From Eubacteriales bacterium (GTDB lineage Bacteria; Bacillota; Clostridia; Oscillospirales; CAG-272), in contig JAZKZP010000125.1 of the NCBI GenBank assembly GCA_045612715.1, forward strand, positions 9,943 to 73,942: a stretch of 64,000 nucleotides of DNA, in the 5' to 3' direction. This document shows positions 8,748 to 16,916 of the stretch, piece after piece; within the stretch, counting starts at the first letter, position 1, and each line of letters begins with the position of its first letter. The notes under the pieces were generated by a model. That model did not search any database. It saw only the letters and a list, made by a program, of their open reading frames with translations, and was not told where the DNA came from. The position numbers were made by a program, and so were the translations under genes.

Positions 8748-9238
8748 TTTGATTCTCCTTTTATTGTCTTAATTTTTCTTTCAACAGCTCTGCTGAAATT
8801 AGTTGCTCTGGTTCGGATTTCTTTAGTCAGTCGCTCTCCTGTGCGGGCGATTTTAGACACATCTTCTGCCGTTAAGCTTTGTTTCAAAAGCGCGTGAATT
8901 AAGCGATTTCGATCTTCTTTCCACTCTAATATTTCATCCATTAAAGTGTCAGAAAAATATTTGTGCGCGATTGATTTCTTTTCGCGAGCAAAATCTTGTA
9001 TATAAGCAATCTTGGAATCCAAAGTTACTTGATAACGACCTCGTTTCTTTAAATACGCCTCCCACTTCCCTGCGTGACGAATAATGGACTCAGTTCTATC
9101 TTCGATTATGGTATACTCTATGAATATAGCCTCAAGATAAAACCCCGATGCAAGAGCTCTTTTGAGTCTTACAAACTGTTCGCGATAATTCTCATGCTTT
9201 TGAACATTATCGGCAGTTATGAATTCTTTAACGTCCAT
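8744..9238 (-). CDS. Helical protein with an HEPN-like Rx4H motif (164 aa)
   Basis: ORF track entry. EDRNRLIHALL fits the HEPN RNxxxH / Rx4-6H signature near the last helix. It is translationally coupled (ATGA at 8744-8747) to the 650-aa LRR gene. The CDS call is solid, but the HEPN assignment is tentative. Confidence 0.6.
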   Translation of the reverse strand: MDVKEFITADNVQKHENYREQFVRLKRALASGFYLEAIFIEYTIIEDRTESIIRHAGKWEAYLKKRGRYQVTLDSKIAYIQDFAREKKSIAHKYFSDTLMDEILEWKEDRNRLIHALLKQSLTAEDVSKIARTGERLTKEIRTRATNFSRAVERKIKTIKGESK

Positions 9239-9262
9239 AACGACTCCCTATGATATTCGTTT

Positions 9263-10897
9263 TTATATTTCTTTAAACTCTAATCCGTTTTCCTTTGCAT
9301 ATTCAATGCCGAAAGAACCCGCCGGAGCAACTATAACAAGCGTTTTTTTACCGCCATCCCTTGTAAGAGTAATTGGCTTACTCCACCAATTGCTTGTAAT
9401 ACATGACGATGCTTTTTTCACGTTTTTATGAAAAACAAGTTCTTTCAAATTTTCACACTCGTAAAAAGCATATTTGCATATCTCGGTAACAGTTTTGGGG
9501 ATTTGTATAGACGTCTTTTTGGTTGAGCTGCAGGAATCAAGTTTGCCGTTTATAACTACCATTTTACTGCTATTTTCAAGAAGCTTGCATCCTACAAAGC
9601 TTCCTCCAAATACACACCCTTCGGGGATTTTAATCTCCTTAAGTTTTTCGCACGACGCAAATGCACCGTTTCCTATTTCTTTGAGTGATGATGGCAGTCT
9701 AACAGTTTCAACGTTAGAACCATTAAATGCATCGTATTCCAAGCCAACAACACCCTCTGGTATAACAACCTCTTTAATACTAAGGCGCTCTCGTTTAGCC
9801 TGAGCTGTAAGGCGTTCTTTCTTTGGAGAAAACGCCCATGCATTTATGTAGAGCACAGTTTTTTTGCCAATTTTAGAAGGTATAGTTACAATCGTATCCC
9901 TTCCCTTATACGAATCTATCGCGATCCCCTTTGTGCCGTCATCGAGCTCAACAGAAGAGTACATCCAATCAAGCTTGGCTTCTTCGGGAGTGAGCACGAT
10001 ACCTTCGGGCGCATCTAAGTCAAGCTTTGATGCACTCTTATCTTTTTGTTCTGCTACAATGCCTTGCTTTTCCATATATGCAAGCATTGTAGCTATTGCT
10101 TCGGCATTTTTAGTTTTCTGCACTTCTTCAAAAATTTTACCGCAAACCGCTTTTTCAATTATATCATTGCTAGTCATAAAACGTAACATTGCGAGATTTG
10201 TGTGAACGGTTGTATAGTATTTCTTCCTTTGAGAAACAATGTACTTCTTATATGCATCTACAACAGATTTTTCGATTTCTTTGCCATCGTTATACAGACG
10301 CAAAAACGACTCCACACATTTTTGTTTTAAGTCGGCTGACAATACTTTAAAGCTTTCGTTAAGCCAAACCAATTCATCCATAAGATAAAATTCCAATATG
10401 CAGTGTGCCTTGGGAAATTTTATCGAATACAAAACGTCTATGTACCTGGTACGAGGATTGATAGTGATCTTACACCTTTTTCTGTTCTCGGCATCTCTGT
10501 GTCCACAAAAAACAAGATATGGATTGTTGTCATTACCCAAGTAAAAATGCTTGTCTTCTTCAATTACTCGAAAATCCTTTAAAGAGTTATAAATTTCACC
10601 TTTATCTATACCGTTGACGATAGGCGTTTCCATATCATCGTAGTTGAAAATCACACCTTTTCGAGCCGTATAGTTATAAATGCGAAATTCCACAGGCAAT
10701 TGTTTGCAGTTTTTGAAAGCTTCGCTTCCTACTTTGGTTACCGTTTCCGGAATTGTAACTTTTTTTAGTTTCTCACATCCCGCAAATGCCCTTGAGCCGA
10801 TTTCAGTAACTCCTTCCGGAATAACCACTTCAGTCTCTTTGCCTACGTATTTTGTTAAAATACCATCTTCAATTACGAAATCATTGATGTTGCTCAT
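9263..10897 (-). CDS. Cytosolic LRR_5 repeat protein with a central helical insert (544 aa)
   Basis: N-terminus is MSNINDFVIEDGILTKYVGKETEVVIPEGVTEIGSRAF. LRR_5 units occur at both ends. The middle section (YKKYIVSQRKKYY...MLAYMEKQ) is related to the C-terminal module of the 650- and 264-aa paralogs. Confidence 0.8.
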   Translation of the reverse strand: MSNINDFVIEDGILTKYVGKETEVVIPEGVTEIGSRAFAGCEKLKKVTIPETVTKVGSEAFKNCKQLPVEFRIYNYTARKGVIFNYDDMETPIVNGIDKGEIYNSLKDFRVIEEDKHFYLGNDNNPYLVFCGHRDAENRKRCKITINPRTRYIDVLYSIKFPKAHCILEFYLMDELVWLNESFKVLSADLKQKCVESFLRLYNDGKEIEKSVVDAYKKYIVSQRKKYYTTVHTNLAMLRFMTSNDIIEKAVCGKIFEEVQKTKNAEAIATMLAYMEKQGIVAEQKDKSASKLDLDAPEGIVLTPEEAKLDWMYSSVELDDGTKGIAIDSYKGRDTIVTIPSKIGKKTVLYINAWAFSPKKERLTAQAKRERLSIKEVVIPEGVVGLEYDAFNGSNVETVRLPSSLKEIGNGAFASCEKLKEIKIPEGCVFGGSFVGCKLLENSSKMVVINGKLDSCSSTKKTSIQIPKTVTEICKYAFYECENLKELVFHKNVKKASSCITSNWWSKPITLTRDGGKKTLVIVAPAGSFGIEYAKENGLEFKEI

Positions 10898-10917
10898 TTT
10901 AATGTCTCCTTATTGTT

Positions 10918-12333
10918 TTATATTTCTTCTTTATCAAGCACAAGTTTGATTGCCCACGGAGGCACGTTAGGATTAAAATTATCTTCGCGAATAAAGACGA
11001 ATGCGGCATCGTAATTTGGCTTTCTTTCCGGGAATATGCCCCATCCATCCGTAAAATAAATAACACCTTTAAGGCGAGTTAATTCGCCTGATTTTACAAG
11101 TTCATTTACATAATTGAAAGCTGGACGAAAGTCCGTGCCACCAAAACCGTGCAGCTGCATATTTTTTATGTAATCATCGAATTCCCTTTGCGATGTTATC
11201 TTAACAACTTCTTGAATTTTAGCATCGCATTGGATTATATATAGATTAATTTTCGAGAAGAAACTCTCAGTATTTTTCAAAATGTTATATGTTTTATTAA
11301 TGAACGTCTGCACAAGCTCACCTGAAACGGAACCAGATGTATCTATAATAATCGCAAACTCGCGAATTCTTTTAACATCCTTATATTCAAGTGGCTCAAT
11401 AAGAGGCATTTTTTTATAAAGCTTGAGTCCATAAGTATAGAAGACATAATCAAACTCGTCATCATTTATCTTTATTGCCTCGCCCATCACAGCAAATTTC
11501 TTTAAGAAGGTCGTATAATCATATTTCTCACGATTCACTTCCCTAAGATTTTGCATCATGCTTCCGGCTTTGTCTCCTTGCTCTTTTGAGAAAGTTTCAA
11601 GGTCTTGAAGCATACGCTCGGAAATTTCTTTCCAACGTTCTTCTAATTCCTTATTGCCTGATTTTCCCTCGTTGTTGGATTGATCATATGACGAATCCTC
11701 ATTAGGTTCTCCACAATCGTTGTTTCCACTAGTTTCTTCTCTTTCGTTCGAATGATCTCCTCCAGCAGTATGATTACTACCTGGTAATAAATCATCAGGC
11801 AAATACCAAATAGAATGATCATCAGCAAAGAAAAGATCTCTTATTTTCCTTATTTCATCATCATTTATTTTTTTATCTAAATAATATCGATAAATTTTTT
11901 CTGCAGTTAGATGCTTCAATTCTTTTTTCAACAAAGAAATAATGTCGTTCTGCTTGTTAGCTCTAGCTGCATATATTGAAGTCATATCAAGCTCGTTGAT
12001 AATATTTTCTACGGCTATATCGCAAGCCAAATCCCATATATTAGGATTTAATAATTCATTAACAAAATTATGTCTATATAAACAATGTAACAATGTATGC
12101 AAATAATCTCTTGTTACAATGTAGTGTTCAGCTGAATAGCGTTTAAGTATATATATTGGATTATAATACAAATACTTACCATCAGTGGCAAATGATACCT
12201 TGTTTGTGCTTTGAGGATTTAGCTCAGCTATCGCCAAATCCAAAAAGCGCATATTGATTGCCAAAGTGTTGCGTGATAAGCGTAATATATCTTCAGCAAG
12301 TTTTTCAATTTTTAATAGATCCTCGTTCATCAC
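10918..12333 (-). CDS. vWA-domain protein with an N-terminal metallopeptidase-like domain (DUF2201-type; 471 aa)
   Basis: MIDAS motif IIIDTSGSVSG is present. The N-terminal LHTLLHCLYRH sits where this family carries an HExxH-like motif; here it is HTLLH, with the Glu absent. An acidic low-complexity linker is present. This is the typical partner of AAA_5 MoxR ATPases. Confidence 0.8.
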   Translation of the reverse strand: MMNEDLLKIEKLAEDILRLSRNTLAINMRFLDLAIAELNPQSTNKVSFATDGKYLYYNPIYILKRYSAEHYIVTRDYLHTLLHCLYRHNFVNELLNPNIWDLACDIAVENIINELDMTSIYAARANKQNDIISLLKKELKHLTAEKIYRYYLDKKINDDEIRKIRDLFFADDHSIWYLPDDLLPGSNHTAGGDHSNEREETSGNNDCGEPNEDSSYDQSNNEGKSGNKELEERWKEISERMLQDLETFSKEQGDKAGSMMQNLREVNREKYDYTTFLKKFAVMGEAIKINDDEFDYVFYTYGLKLYKKMPLIEPLEYKDVKRIREFAIIIDTSGSVSGELVQTFINKTYNILKNTESFFSKINLYIIQCDAKIQEVVKITSQREFDDYIKNMQLHGFGGTDFRPAFNYVNELVKSGELTRLKGVIYFTDGWGIFPERKPNYDAAFVFIREDNFNPNVPPWAIKLVLDKEEI

Positions 12334-12419
12334 GCAACACCTCCCTTTAAAATAGTTGTATAGCTTAATATATTGCTATAGTCGTATTTATACTCGTATT
12401 TTTCCCCTTTATTTTTTGT

Positions 12420-13214
12420 TTACAAGTTATTATTTTTCCAATCCAAAAGATATGCAACACATTGCTTTGCTCCTGCTTTTAGAGCCGGCTCAAAAAAAGC
12501 ACTATTAAAGTTTTTTGCAGTTATGTAGCCATGTTGAGCATATACATGTATTGCTTGCACCATATCTTCTACAAAAACTTCTTCTAATAATCTTTTCTTT
12601 TGAGATCCGATATACTTAACCATTTCCGGATCCGCATTTGTATATACTTCAGGATAGCTAAGATAACCTCTTGCAGCAGGAAGCATCAATTTAACACGTT
12701 TTATTGTTTTCCAAGGAAGCTTGGGTGCTGTAATTCTATATATTTTTGTCTTAGGTGATATACTCCACAACGAGTTTAATCCTAAACTACCCAAAACGTA
12801 AATATCTCTTAATGCATGACAGTATTCAAATGTGCCCAAGTCATCTAACTCTACATCGGCAAGAATCTTGACAGTAGTTAGATATATAGATCTGTTAAAT
12901 GCACCCCATCCAATGTGACTCACTGAGTCAGGAATTTCTATACTTTCAAACCTACTCCATGCAAAGGCTTTAGAACCAATATAATCCACAGAGTTTGGAA
13001 TTTCTATTTGTTTTAATAAATCACACCCCAAAAAGGCTTCTGTATCAATTCTTTTAACAGAGTTCGGAATAATTATCTTAGTTATTTTTCCACAACCTGC
13101 AAATGCCTTTGTACCAATACAAGTAACTCCGTCTGGTATAACAACTTCCGTACCTTTTCCTTTGTACTTTATTAATAAATTATCTTCAATAATAAAATCA
13201 TTAGTTTTGCTCAT
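12420..13214 (-). CDS. Short LRR_5 protein plus the shared C-terminal helical module (264 aa)
   Basis: N-terminus is MSKTNDFIIEDNLLIKYKGKGTEVVIPDGVTCIGTKAF. The C-terminus (YRITAPKLPW...YIGSQKKR...YLLDWKNNNL) is homologous to the tail of the 650-aa protein. Confidence 0.8.
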   Translation of the reverse strand: MSKTNDFIIEDNLLIKYKGKGTEVVIPDGVTCIGTKAFAGCGKITKIIIPNSVKRIDTEAFLGCDLLKQIEIPNSVDYIGSKAFAWSRFESIEIPDSVSHIGWGAFNRSIYLTTVKILADVELDDLGTFEYCHALRDIYVLGSLGLNSLWSISPKTKIYRITAPKLPWKTIKRVKLMLPAARGYLSYPEVYTNADPEMVKYIGSQKKRLLEEVFVEDMVQAIHVYAQHGYITAKNFNSAFFEPALKAGAKQCVAYLLDWKNNNL

Positions 13215-13259
13215 TTCTAATGTCCCCTAATATGATTCCTCCAAATTATCATTTACAAA

Positions 13260-14231
13260 TTATCGAATAATTTTAGCGTTTTTACACCCTGCCAATGCAT
13301 CTGATCTGATTTGCGTCTCACTATTAGTTACAACTACATTTCCAAGTGATTCGCACTTGTAAAATGCCCCCGACCCGATAGACTGCACGGCATTAGGTAT
13401 GGTAATGGTCGTTAGTGATTTGCAATTTTTAAAAGCATCCGCTTCAATCTTAGTTAAAGATTCTGGCAATGTTATGCATGCCAAAGATTTGCACCCCTCA
13501 AAAGCCTCATTTCCGATAATAGTTACCGAGTTAGGAATATGTACATGGGTCAATTTTTTGCATTTACTAAATGCACCTTTGCTAATTTCAACAACAGAAT
13601 CAGGAATAACAATTTCAGAAAGCGATTCACACGCACAAAATAATCCTAGATCAAGGATTTTTAATGAGTTGGGTAAAGTTACATTGGTCAAAGACTGGCA
13701 CAGGAAGAAAGCTTGATCACCCAATTTAGTTACAGACTTAGGAATATCAATACTCTTTAAAGAAGAACACCAGTGAAATGCCTCGCTATCAATACGTTTT
13801 ACAGAATTTGGAATAGTTATATTTTCCAAAGAAGTACAATATGCAAAAGCTTTTTCCCCAATTCGAGTAACTGAAATGGGAATCACAACTTCAGTTAACT
13901 TTTCACATCCAAAGAAAGCATATTTGCTAATTGTACCCATAGAACCAGAAATAACAACACTTTTTAATCCAGTTTGAGCAAATGCATAATCTCCAAGTTG
14001 AGTAACAGAGTTTGGAATATCTATGTTAGTTAATGATTGGCAATCTCTAAAAGCGAATTTCCCTATTTCGGTTACAGAATTTGGGATTTGTACACTTGTT
14101 AAAGATCTGTTACTCAAAAATACATTTTTATCAATTTTTGTTACTCCTTCCGGAATTACTACTTCGGTATCACTACCAGTGTATTTTTTCAACACACCAT
14201 CTTCAATAATAAAATCATTAATATTACTCAT
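13260..14231 (-). CDS. LRR_5 (BspA-type) repeat protein (323 aa)
   Basis: N-terminus is MSNINDFIIEDGVLKKYTGSDTEVVIPEGVTKIDKNVF, followed by about 12 LRR_5 repeats. No signal peptide. Confidence 0.85.
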   Translation of the reverse strand: MSNINDFIIEDGVLKKYTGSDTEVVIPEGVTKIDKNVFLSNRSLTSVQIPNSVTEIGKFAFRDCQSLTNIDIPNSVTQLGDYAFAQTGLKSVVISGSMGTISKYAFFGCEKLTEVVIPISVTRIGEKAFAYCTSLENITIPNSVKRIDSEAFHWCSSLKSIDIPKSVTKLGDQAFFLCQSLTNVTLPNSLKILDLGLFCACESLSEIVIPDSVVEISKGAFSKCKKLTHVHIPNSVTIIGNEAFEGCKSLACITLPESLTKIEADAFKNCKSLTTITIPNAVQSIGSGAFYKCESLGNVVVTNSETQIRSDALAGCKNAKIIR

Positions 14232-14333
14232 AAATTTTTCCTTTCCACGTTAAGCACGTCGGCGTTTATTGTTTTTTATATCACAAATGCTAAACATCAA
14301 GTAATCGCGATATGATAAATTCATACGAATTAA

Positions 14334-14822
14334 TTACATTTCATCTAAAAGAATATCATCTGACAATGCATCAATATCAAAATTGTTACCTTCTACTGTT
14401 GAAGAAAGAAAGTTTTTAATATTCTCCATTGATTCAAGAGGTGTAGCCCCGATTTGCTCGGCAAGTTTAGTTACACCGAAATTAGCGAACTGTGTCAAGA
14501 AATCTATTTTCTTGAATTCAGTTTTTTCACCAAAAGCTAATTCAAGACGCTCATCTTCAGTGAGGTTTTCGGTGGCAGTTGATAAAATTGCTGCTTGAAA
14601 CATAAAATCAAGTCTACCATTATCATTATTTTGAATTACATTTCTCGGAACCGAGTGAGTATATTCCTCATCTGATGCAATTCTTTTATCATACATGATG
14701 CCTATGGACATTGAAAGCATATATATGCTATATTGAACTCTTGGCTTAAATAATGGAGCAAGAGCATCTATTGCCTTATCCCAATCTACGCCTCTCAAAG
14801 CTACATCTGTGGTTATTTCCAT
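14334..14822 (-). CDS. 162-aa mostly helical protein with an acidic C-terminus; last gene of the PLD-helicase/ABC operon
   Basis: ORF track entry. Its start overlaps the ATPase stop by 10 nt (14813-14822). No motif recognised. Its size and position fit a small adaptor or middle component. Confidence 0.7.
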   Translation of the reverse strand: MEITTDVALRGVDWDKAIDALAPLFKPRVQYSIYMLSMSIGIMYDKRIASDEEYTHSVPRNVIQNNDNGRLDFMFQAAILSTATENLTEDERLELAFGEKTEFKKIDFLTQFANFGVTKLAEQIGATPLESMENIKNFLSSTVEGNNFDIDALSDDILLDEM

Positions 14823-16768
14823 AAATGTCCCTCCTCTACCTTTGCAATATTCTTTTCTTCATTACTTACGATGGTATAAACTCTGCCGATATTTTCTTGA
14901 GCGAAAATCTCGTGTAAATCGTCTTTAGAGAACAAAATAACTTGTGGAGCAAACTGTGGAATTGCATCAATTACATTTTGTCTTTGGTCAGGGTCAAGTT
15001 TTGAAAATGGACCGTCGAGCACCAAAGGATATTCTTTAGCATTAAGATTTTCTTCGCTTTGAAGCATTCTCAAAATACCGCCGATATACGCAAATGATAC
15101 AACCGCAAATTGACCTTCAGACTTGGATTCATCTCCAAAGCTATCGGTTACACGAACAGAAAATTCTCTACTTACACTAACGTTACGTTTACTCGTCAAC
15201 ATTTCGTTAATAAGCTCTTGAATGTTTTCTTCAAGTCTTTGACTATATGCAACAGATTCATTATCAAGTCTGTCTTGGAAATATTGAAGAACCTTTTCCA
15301 TTATCTCAATTTTTTGGTTAATCTTGTCCACAGCAACAACCTTAGATGTCAACTCATCGTATTTCTTCATCCAAGTTTTAAGATAAATATCCAATTTTTT
15401 AAGTTCTGTAACCAATTCAGTAATTCTTGTATCCAAAGCTTTAACATCAGCTTCAGCCTTTTGGCGGTCAATAACGAGATGCTCTATATCCGGGCTCTTC
15501 TTTTCCGCCTCATCAAGTTCCCTAATTTTAACATCGCATTCATATGCCTTTTCACTGTTTTCAAGCACTAATCTGATATGATCCTCAACCTTACTCTTAT
15601 CATATCCCTGTTTCCATCTTTGTGCTGAACGAGTAAATTCTGTGTACAAATATGTATATGATGGCGGAAGCATAGCAAGATATTTTTTGAGATGTTCTCT
15701 TTGCTCTCTACATATCTCTTGTCCGCATATACATTCGGTAGTGCTATCTTGAAGTAAATAATTAATTAATGGCTTGTTGATACCGTTAGGCAATTTGCTT
15801 TGCTCTATCTTCAAATGAATCTTTTCTTTTGCATCCTCAACGGTTTTAGCCATTAAATGCATTGGATACATATTAAGAACAGTAGCACCAAATTCTTTTT
15901 GTTGAGCTTCGGAGTTGCGAATAAAAAGTTCTCTCTGAGCACGCAACTCTTTTCGTCTTGCCTCATATTCAGCTTTGGACTTACTACTACCTATTTTTTC
16001 GGATATTTCGGTAATTAATCTCTTCTTCTCTTCTCTTTCTTCAATAGCCTTGTTTTGAAGAAGTGTATATTTTTCAATACGAGCTTGTGCCTGCTCAATA
16101 TTATATTTTGCAGTAGCTATTTCGCTACCACTAGCAGCAGAACCCTTGCTTAGGTATAGTTTGCCAAGTACGGTGGTTTTCAAATCAGTTCTACCTATAT
16201 GGTTAATCGCTGCCTCTATAACATCAAGATCAAACATTGAATATAAAGCTTTACGAAGTTTGCCCGCGGAGTCTTTCCCTTTTACTCTAAGGTCGGCAAT
16301 CATACTCTCTCCGTCAAAGAAGAAATATTCTGAAAGACCGGATGGGAGCATCTTTTCGATTACTTCTTTAGGGCGATCCATACGCTTCCAGTTGTGGTCT
16401 TCATCTCTCTGATTCAAAGCAAAATCTTCTGCTATCTTTTCAGAATCATCAAGCCCTTTTTTATATTTGTGAGTTCTTGTCAAAGAATATTGAACGCCAT
16501 CGTGTTCAAAATCTATTCTGCCCATTACATTAAAGACCGCACCGTATGGTTGCTCACTTTCAAATTGAAGATTATATAGTCTATCAGTAGTTGTCTTGTT
16601 GAAATGAACCTGTCCATAAAAAATCCACTGAAACAACTGATGAAGTGTTGTTTTACCGTCACCATTCTTACCGTATATGATGGTTACTTTCCCATCAGTT
16701 GAACATTTGATTTGTCCATAATCCTTAAAATTTCGGAAATTTTCAAATTCAATTTTACTTATTCTCAT
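14813..16768 (-). CDS. DndD/Rad50/SMC-like ABC ATPase with a long coiled-coil insert (651 aa from ATG 16768)
   Basis: N-terminus is MRISKIEFENFRNFKD...IIYGKNGDGKTTL (Walker A). About 350 aa of heptad-rich sequence follows, including ECICGQEIC. The signature-like motif is KSEGQ, and LVLDGPFSKLDPDQRQN (Walker B/D-loop) resembles DTPLGRLD..HR.N of DndD. I prefer the ATG at 16768 (AAGGAGG upstream) to the track start at 16795. Confidence 0.8.
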   Translation of the reverse strand: MRISKIEFENFRNFKDYGQIKCSTDGKVTIIYGKNGDGKTTLHQLFQWIFYGQVHFNKTTTDRLYNLQFESEQPYGAVFNVMGRIDFEHDGVQYSLTRTHKYKKGLDDSEKIAEDFALNQRDEDHNWKRMDRPKEVIEKMLPSGLSEYFFFDGESMIADLRVKGKDSAGKLRKALYSMFDLDVIEAAINHIGRTDLKTTVLGKLYLSKGSAASGSEIATAKYNIEQAQARIEKYTLLQNKAIEEREEKKRLITEISEKIGSSKSKAEYEARRKELRAQRELFIRNSEAQQKEFGATVLNMYPMHLMAKTVEDAKEKIHLKIEQSKLPNGINKPLINYLLQDSTTECICGQEICREQREHLKKYLAMLPPSYTYLYTEFTRSAQRWKQGYDKSKVEDHIRLVLENSEKAYECDVKIRELDEAEKKSPDIEHLVIDRQKAEADVKALDTRITELVTELKKLDIYLKTWMKKYDELTSKVVAVDKINQKIEIMEKVLQYFQDRLDNESVAYSQRLEENIQELINEMLTSKRNVSVSREFSVRVTDSFGDESKSEGQFAVVSFAYIGGILRMLQSEENLNAKEYPLVLDGPFSKLDPDQRQNVIDAIPQFAPQVILFSKDDLHEIFAQENIGRVYTIVSNEEKNIAKVEEGHLWK

Positions 16769-16916
16769 TTGAAACCTCCTTATCAAGTTCGTCAAGTATT
16801 GCTTTTACAATATCATTTTTCGCTTGACTTTCACCGACCATCTTCTCAGCTTGAAGTTGTCTTTCTTTTTCTTCAATAAAGGAAACTAAATTATTAACTA
16901 TTTTCTGATTACTCAT
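16755..16916 (-). CDS. 53-aa micro-ORF bridging the helicase and ATPase genes
   Basis: Below the ORF-track size cut-off. Peptide: MSNQKIVNNLVSFIEEKERQLQAEKMVGESQAKNDIVKAILDELDKEVSNENK. Its ATG overlaps the helicase stop (GATGAGTAA at 16909-16917). Its 3' end overlaps the ATPase start and carries that gene's RBS. This is a translational-coupling layout. Confidence 0.5.
   Translation of the reverse strand: MSNQKIVNNLVSFIEEKERQLQAEKMVGESQAKNDIVKAILDELDKEVSNENK

Noticed and set aside
6795-14231. Regular ~69-nt periodicity that might be mistaken for a CRISPR array or tandem DNA repeat
   Set aside because: The periodicity is the 23-codon LRR_5 protein repeat inside continuous ORFs. The repeat units are divergent at nucleotide level, there are no spacer-like unique segments, and no cas genes are present.
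14813-16795. Reading the 651-aa coiled-coil ATPase as the SbcC partner of the sbcD remnant
   Set aside because: It is on the opposite strand, 10 kb away and embedded by overlaps in a different operon. It is far shorter than SbcC, and its terminal motifs resemble DndD-type proteins more than SbcC.
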